This document shows positions 59,224-64,000 of a stretch of 64,000 bases of DNA, piece after piece. The notes below the pieces were generated by a model that did no database searches, had not been told where the DNA came from, and saw only the letters and a list, made by a program, of their open reading frames with translations. The first letter of the stretch is position 1; every line of letters starts with the position of its first letter. A program made the position numbers and the translations under genes. The stretch covers positions 224,261-288,260 of IMG/VR virus record IMGVR_UViG_3300027816_000051; one strand, given 5' to 3'.

Positions 59224-59478
59224 ATGAACATTATAATCTCAGAAAAACAATATAAACATTTATTTGGTGGTAACCAATTAGATGAACAAGGTGATGACCC
59301 GGCCGCAGCTCAACCATCGAGCGGTGTTGGTAGTTCAGGTAGTAAAGAAGGTTATCCTGAGGTTGGAAAATGGGAAAGTGGTGTAACCCGAGGTCCAGCC
59401 AATCAAGTCGGAGTCACAAAATGGTCCGACGTTGTTGGTTCACTTTTAAAAAGGAGTCATGCAAATCCACTCAAATAA
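59224..59478 (+). CDS. Small protein with leader motif
   Basis: MNIIISEKQY...LDEQ; KWESGVTRGPANQ. Confidence 0.75.
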   Translation: MNIIISEKQYKHLFGGNQLDEQGDDPAAAQPSSGVGSSGSKEGYPEVGKWESGVTRGPANQVGVTKWSDVVGSLLKRSHANPLK

Positions 59479-59511
59479 AAAGGTATTTATTAGATATTTA
59501 TAGATTAAAAT

Positions 59512-60807
59512 ATGATGTACAACAATAAATTAGTGATATCTGAGTCTGAAAGAAGAAGAATCTCAAACATTTATGAAAATTCTTTTTCTTTGGATTATGT
59601 GATTACAGATTGGGTATCACCTGATGAAAAGTATGTTATCTTTCTTGATGAACTTTTCGATATTGAAAACAAAACCAAATTAGGTAATGTTTGGGAAAAT
59701 TTTGACAACTTTAAATTTTTCTTAAGACATTCATTTGAAGTTTCAACAACAGTACCTCAACAAATCAAAGAAGAAGCACTTCAAACCTTAGATTCATTTA
59801 TTTTAACTGAGTCAACACAAAATTTTACACACTTAAAGCCGATATTCAAACAATTACTCCAAGAAGATTGGGGTATTCTTGGTGATTTAGCTAATTGGGC
59901 TAAAGATACCGCTGTAAGTGCTTACACGGGATTTACAGATTTTGTTTCTACAAGTTATGAAGGGGCAAAAAAATTAATTGGGGCAATATCAAAGGGTGAA
60001 TGGTCTCGTGTATTAGATTTAGTTAAAAAAGGCGCTTTATATGTAGCAAGAAAAGTTAGAGGGATGTTATACCATCCTGTTGGTTTAGCTTTAGATGCAA
60101 TATTAGTTGCCACAGGTATAGGTAAGGGTATCGCTTGGATACCATGGGCAATTGCGGTTGGTTTAGACATTTACGAATTTATTTCAGGTGACTATGAAGA
60201 CCCTGAATTACATTGGGGGTGGAGATTATTATTCTTTGCCTGTGATATTTTAGGGTTAGTAGTGACGGGAATGGCGGCCAAAGTACCAAGACAATTATTG
60301 TTAGGTTTAGTAAGTAGATTTGGTAAGACTCAACAAGGTTTAAAATTGGCGGTACAAAGCTCACCAAAAATACAGTCATTTTTAAAAAGTGTCAGTGAAG
60401 GTTTATCAAGTGTTAAAGGTTTTATGGGAAAAGCACTATCGTATTTCCAAGTTAAATCACCTTTTATGTATAAATTCTTTTCAGGTATTATGGGTGGTAT
60501 TGGTAAATTTATAACAAAACTCACAAATTTAATTTCTTTCTTACTTGGGGCAACTTTAAAAGGTGCCGTGAAATTAGGTAAAGGAGCATTGAATGTTCTT
60601 AATACACCCGGTAAACTCGCAATGAAATTAGGTGGTGGAAAGGGAACCGCCGCCGCGGCAAACGTATTAGTCCCCGCTGCGGCTATTGGTACAGCTGGAG
60701 AATATATGAAAAGAAAAGAAATGGAGAAATCCGTAGAACAAGAAAAGAAGGTTGAAGCTGGTCTTACTTCGGGCCCTCCTTCTGAATATAACCCTAAAGA
60801 TTTATAA
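59512..60807 (+). CDS. Leader-motif protein with hydrophobic/amphipathic helices
   Basis: LVISESERRRI; LALDAILVATGIGKGIAWIPW; LLFFACDILGLVV. Confidence 0.7.
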   Translation: MMYNNKLVISESERRRISNIYENSFSLDYVITDWVSPDEKYVIFLDELFDIENKTKLGNVWENFDNFKFFLRHSFEVSTTVPQQIKEEALQTLDSFILTESTQNFTHLKPIFKQLLQEDWGILGDLANWAKDTAVSAYTGFTDFVSTSYEGAKKLIGAISKGEWSRVLDLVKKGALYVARKVRGMLYHPVGLALDAILVATGIGKGIAWIPWAIAVGLDIYEFISGDYEDPELHWGWRLLFFACDILGLVVTGMAAKVPRQLLLGLVSRFGKTQQGLKLAVQSSPKIQSFLKSVSEGLSSVKGFMGKALSYFQVKSPFMYKFFSGIMGGIGKFITKLTNLISFLLGATLKGAVKLGKGALNVLNTPGKLAMKLGGGKGTAAAANVLVPAAAIGTAGEYMKRKEMEKSVEQEKKVEAGLTSGPPSEYNPKDL

Positions 60808-60828
60808 TAAAAAAAAACAATCATAAAA

Positions 60829-62964
60829 ATGGAAAATAAAAATGCAGAATTAATTAGAAAAATGATGACTCTAATGGAAAATGTAGAGTCTAAAATAGTT
60901 TCTAAAGAAATGGAAGATGTGCATGAAACATCGACCGAAAATGAATTGGAAGAAAATGCTATAGTAAAGAGTATTGCTGCCGATTTAAAAACTTTACAAG
61001 GTGCTGAAAGAGCAGCCGCAATGGCGAAATTGAGTGCTGAATTTGAAGGTCCTTTAAAAAATTTATTAAAGGATGCCGAGGCGGCATCGATGTTAAAACA
61101 GTCTAATATTAGAACAGCAGAAGAACTTGTAACTGCGGTGGCTAAAGGTCTTAATTCTGAATTAAAAGGTAAATTAGATATAACAATTTTAAGATATAAT
61201 AGTAGTCCAAGATTAGTCAATGCTGCGGCTGAAAATTTAACACAAAACAAAACTTTTTTATCGAAATATAAAGACCAAATTAATGGGGGTCAACCGGCTT
61301 TTGAAAGAGCCCTAATGGACTCTAAAAAATATAGTAAAGACGCAATCACCAAGATTGTTGAGAAAGTTAACTCTAAGTATGGTATGAAGGTTACTGACGA
61401 CATGGTTAAAGGTATCAAGGTAAAAGAACCAGTTAAAACAACCACAAAAACAGCAACCGGTGGTGCCGATGCCGCCAAATCCGTAGATGATGCTGCTAAA
61501 ATTAAACAAGGTAAAGACATACTAAAAACAGGTGGTGGTAAAAAATATTACGAGTGGTTAAAGAAAATGTTCGAAAAATTTGGAAAAGATAGTAAAACCG
61601 TTGTTCAAAACGGTGTTAAGAAAGTATCCGTTTCTAAAAGACTCCTACAATGGGCATTAGTCGCTGGAGGTGCGTACCTTTTATATTCCTTTTTCACTGA
61701 TTCCGACGGTAATGATGTTGTAGTTACGGATGAAGGAGGTAAAGTTATCGACCCTAAATTAACCGACGGTATGACAGATTGTTTGAGAAATCTTATCGAT
61801 AAAGGTATGGGTAGATTAACCCAAAGTAGTTCAGGTGGTCCTGTTGTTGTGGTTGAAAAAACCGGTAATGCTGATTATGATAGTGTAGGTGGTTTGATGT
61901 TCTTTATGAATGGTAGAGTAATATCTGGCGACGGTGCAACAAAACGTGGTAATTGGAAGTGTAAAGGTGGTCAAGTTCAAAAAGTGGATGAGACTTCAAT
62001 GATTAATGAACAATCTGAAACCGAAATGGTGAATGACGTTGAGACAATGATTGATTTATTAGATTTTCCAGTTTCAGGTAGTGATTTATCACAAGCAAGA
62101 ACATTATTATCAAAATATGCAAATAGTTCAAAAGGAAAAGAATTTTTACAGCTGTATAAAAACACTGGTTTAGGTAGTGGTTCATTACAAAAATCTTTAG
62201 ATTATATTGCAACATTCCAAGCGGGTTCTGTTTTATCTAAAAATAAAATGTACGAACTTATTAAACAAATTGAATCCGGTAAATCGGGTGGTGGTGAAAA
62301 TCAAGGAGGTAATCAAACCGCAGATTTATCTGGTATTGAAATTACATGGGACGGCGACAAAAAGATAGAAGATGGAGATGGTGATAAACCAGTACCAGTA
62401 CCTCAACCTCAAAAATATTATCAATGTGACGCGTTTCCGTTTAGATTTGGTTGTAAAAATGAAAAAATTAGAGAAGTACAAAGATGTTTAGGAATGGAAT
62501 CAAAATACCAAACAGGTAATTTTGGTCCATTGACCTTATCTCAAATGAGAAACAAATTTGGTATGGATGTTATTGATGAAATTACTTACAATGGTATTAT
62601 CAGTAAGTGTAAGGGTTCGACACCAAAACCTCAAACAGGTTCAACGGTAACAACTGGTTCAACGGTAACAACAACTGGTTCAACGGTAACTCCACCTAAA
62701 CCAACCGAACCAAGTAATGTTGAATCACCAAAAGTTGCAAGTGCAACAAAAGCAACACAATTAAATCGTGAAGGTTGTAAAGCTCTATTCAAAACTATTG
62801 ACGAAAGAGACCAATCTCAAGGAAAGGCAACCGCCACAAGTTCGGAAAAAGAACAACTTAAGTTCTGTATGCAACAATATAACTTTGGTGTAGGTAGTGG
62901 TGTAGGTAGAATGAAAAGAAGATATGGTTTAACATCTTCAGGTGGTGATAGAGGTATTAGATAA
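60829..62964 (+). CDS. Large putative virion protein: domain shared with 16589, one TM, PG-binding-like domain, Thr-rich repeat
   Basis: LLQWALVAGGAYLLY; GCKNEKIREVQRCLG...GNFGPLT; (TGSTVT)x3. Confidence 0.7.
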   Translation: MENKNAELIRKMMTLMENVESKIVSKEMEDVHETSTENELEENAIVKSIAADLKTLQGAERAAAMAKLSAEFEGPLKNLLKDAEAASMLKQSNIRTAEELVTAVAKGLNSELKGKLDITILRYNSSPRLVNAAAENLTQNKTFLSKYKDQINGGQPAFERALMDSKKYSKDAITKIVEKVNSKYGMKVTDDMVKGIKVKEPVKTTTKTATGGADAAKSVDDAAKIKQGKDILKTGGGKKYYEWLKKMFEKFGKDSKTVVQNGVKKVSVSKRLLQWALVAGGAYLLYSFFTDSDGNDVVVTDEGGKVIDPKLTDGMTDCLRNLIDKGMGRLTQSSSGGPVVVVEKTGNADYDSVGGLMFFMNGRVISGDGATKRGNWKCKGGQVQKVDETSMINEQSETEMVNDVETMIDLLDFPVSGSDLSQARTLLSKYANSSKGKEFLQLYKNTGLGSGSLQKSLDYIATFQAGSVLSKNKMYELIKQIESGKSGGGENQGGNQTADLSGIEITWDGDKKIEDGDGDKPVPVPQPQKYYQCDAFPFRFGCKNEKIREVQRCLGMESKYQTGNFGPLTLSQMRNKFGMDVIDEITYNGIISKCKGSTPKPQTGSTVTTGSTVTTTGSTVTPPKPTEPSNVESPKVASATKATQLNREGCKALFKTIDERDQSQGKATATSSEKEQLKFCMQQYNFGVGSGVGRMKRRYGLTSSGGDRGIR
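62638..62690 (+). repeat. Coding tandem repeat GGTTCAACGGTAAC x3
   Basis: Copies at 62638, 62656, 62677. Confidence 0.9.
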
Positions 62965-62975
62965 AATTAATCATA

Positions 62976-63578
62976 ATGGAATTAAAAAATTATATTAAAG
63001 AAACTTTATTAGAGGAAAGAGAAAGAAAACTTTATTCATCTTTTGACGAATTAAACAACATTAGAGATAAAGAATATTTTCTTGAGAGATATTTTATTAT
63101 CACCTCAAATTTACTTAACGAGGGATACTCGTTTGAGGAAGTTGAATCCGCAATGAACGAAATTGAAAATCCATTATCTGGTCTTGACCTAACTGGTGAT
63201 GATTTATTAAGTGCGGGTGGTTCACAATTGAAAGAGTACGCAATCAATCTATTATTAACATTTATTTTTGGTGGTAAGAATCAAGGAATGATTACAACCA
63301 TCTCAGTGGTTTTTGCCGATTACGATGTTAGAGATATACTCAAACCTTTTAAAGATGAACCAAATTGTATGTCTCATATGCCAAAAATGATTGATGGAGT
63401 ATTAGAAGCTTTATCAAGATATGTGGCAGGTTCTGCTGTTGGTGTAGATAGGAATAATTACGGATTAAATTTAGGAGGTTTAACTTCAGGATTTGCTGGA
63501 AATATATTTGGTGAGGTAATAAAAGATTCTAATATAGGTGAAACCATATCGGACAAAATATGTAAATTTATTCATTAA
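62976..63578 (+). CDS. Hypothetical protein
   Basis: Leader YIKETLLEE. Confidence 0.7.
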   Translation: MELKNYIKETLLEERERKLYSSFDELNNIRDKEYFLERYFIITSNLLNEGYSFEEVESAMNEIENPLSGLDLTGDDLLSAGGSQLKEYAINLLLTFIFGGKNQGMITTISVVFADYDVRDILKPFKDEPNCMSHMPKMIDGVLEALSRYVAGSAVGVDRNNYGLNLGGLTSGFAGNIFGEVIKDSNIGETISDKICKFIH

Positions 63579-63579
63579 C

Positions 63580-64000
63580 ATGAAACTTACAAAAAAAGAA
63601 ATATTAGAAAATAAAAAAGTATTAAAAGAGGACACTCTTGAAAATATTTTAATGATTGCGGGATTTGTACCTGTAATTGGTGAAATTGCTGACATTATAT
63701 TGATTATTAGATATATCTATAAAAAAGAATATTTATACGCGGCATTGATGTTAGTGGCTTTAATACCAACCGTGGGTGATTTCATTGTAAAACCATTCAT
63801 AAGAGTATTAAAAGGTGCAGGTATTGCAGGTAAAACAGCACTAAGAAGTAGTGACGATTTAGCTAAATATTTAATGCAAAATCCAAGTGCAAAAGAACAA
63901 TTCTTAAAAATGTCCAAACACTTTGACGATGCTGGTGTTAAACAAACAATTAACTCAGTTGGTGGAATCAATAAAGGTTGGGCACAAAAAATGACTGATG
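63580..64000 (+). CDS. Partial protein with pre-toxin TG (PT-TG)-like hydrophobic hairpin
   Basis: Not in track; MKLTKKEILE...LMIAGFVPVIGEIADI...AALMLVALIPTVGD; open to window end. Confidence 0.6.
   Translation, partial: MKLTKKEILENKKVLKEDTLENILMIAGFVPVIGEIADIILIIRYIYKKEYLYAALMLVALIPTVGDFIVKPFIRVLKGAGIAGKTALRSSDDLAKYLMQNPSAKEQFLKMSKHFDDAGVKQTINSVGGINKGWAQKMTD

Larger units (their letters stand above)
13950..59501. promoter_or_regulatory. Recurrent RTATTTAT motif upstream of starts (putative phage late promoter)
   Basis: Plus: 14018, 14950, 15522, 17949, 19205, 22245, 32282, 38904, 40300, 57490, 58167, 59210, 59483; minus (ATAAATAY on plus): 13950, 28134, 30471, 31002, 32237, 34777, 36180, 38365. 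Confidence 0.65.

Noticed and set aside
60330-61250. 306-aa minus-strand ORF and other antisense ORFs in the track (e.g. 1494, 2613, 8875, 30092, 45171)
   Set aside because: Shadows of well-supported genes on the opposite strand
1-64000. Stop-codon reassignment
   Set aside because: Standard code 11 gives dense, intact ORFs; TAG and TGA end plausible genes (e.g. 5091, 35817, 5670)

Overview
AT-rich, densely coding 64-kb segment of a large (jumbo-type) tailed phage. A Bacteroidota host is supported by many TTTG-N~20-TAnnTTTG promoters and signal peptides ending in Gln; the GH19 endolysin supports a bacterial host. No capsid, terminase, portal, tRNA, rRNA or CRISPR feature is visible. Four blocks: (1) 1-11.4 kb, a minus-strand array of small early-type gene cassettes (host-type promoter, gene, hairpin terminator) studded with a region-specific GCCAA-n-CAAAT box placed in ~10-bp helical phase to the promoters and to itself; (2) 11.4-11.7 kb, a boundary with G-quadruplex-competent G-runs, phased A-tracts and palindromes; (3) 11.7-41 kb and 57.5-64 kb, genes mostly preceded by RTATTTAT, about 25 of which share an N-terminal I-[ST]-E-S-Q/D-L...[IL]-x-E type leader (candidate head-targeting peptide), interspersed with secreted proteins, endolysin, nuclease and a GMP reductase/IMPDH; (4) 41.1-57.5 kb, a 17-gene glycosylation island with GT60-like, HtrL-like and other glycosyltransferases, methyltransferases, nucleotidyltransferases, a cupin and a non-carboxylating RuBisCO-like protein. 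Family calls are from remembered motifs only; no searches were run.
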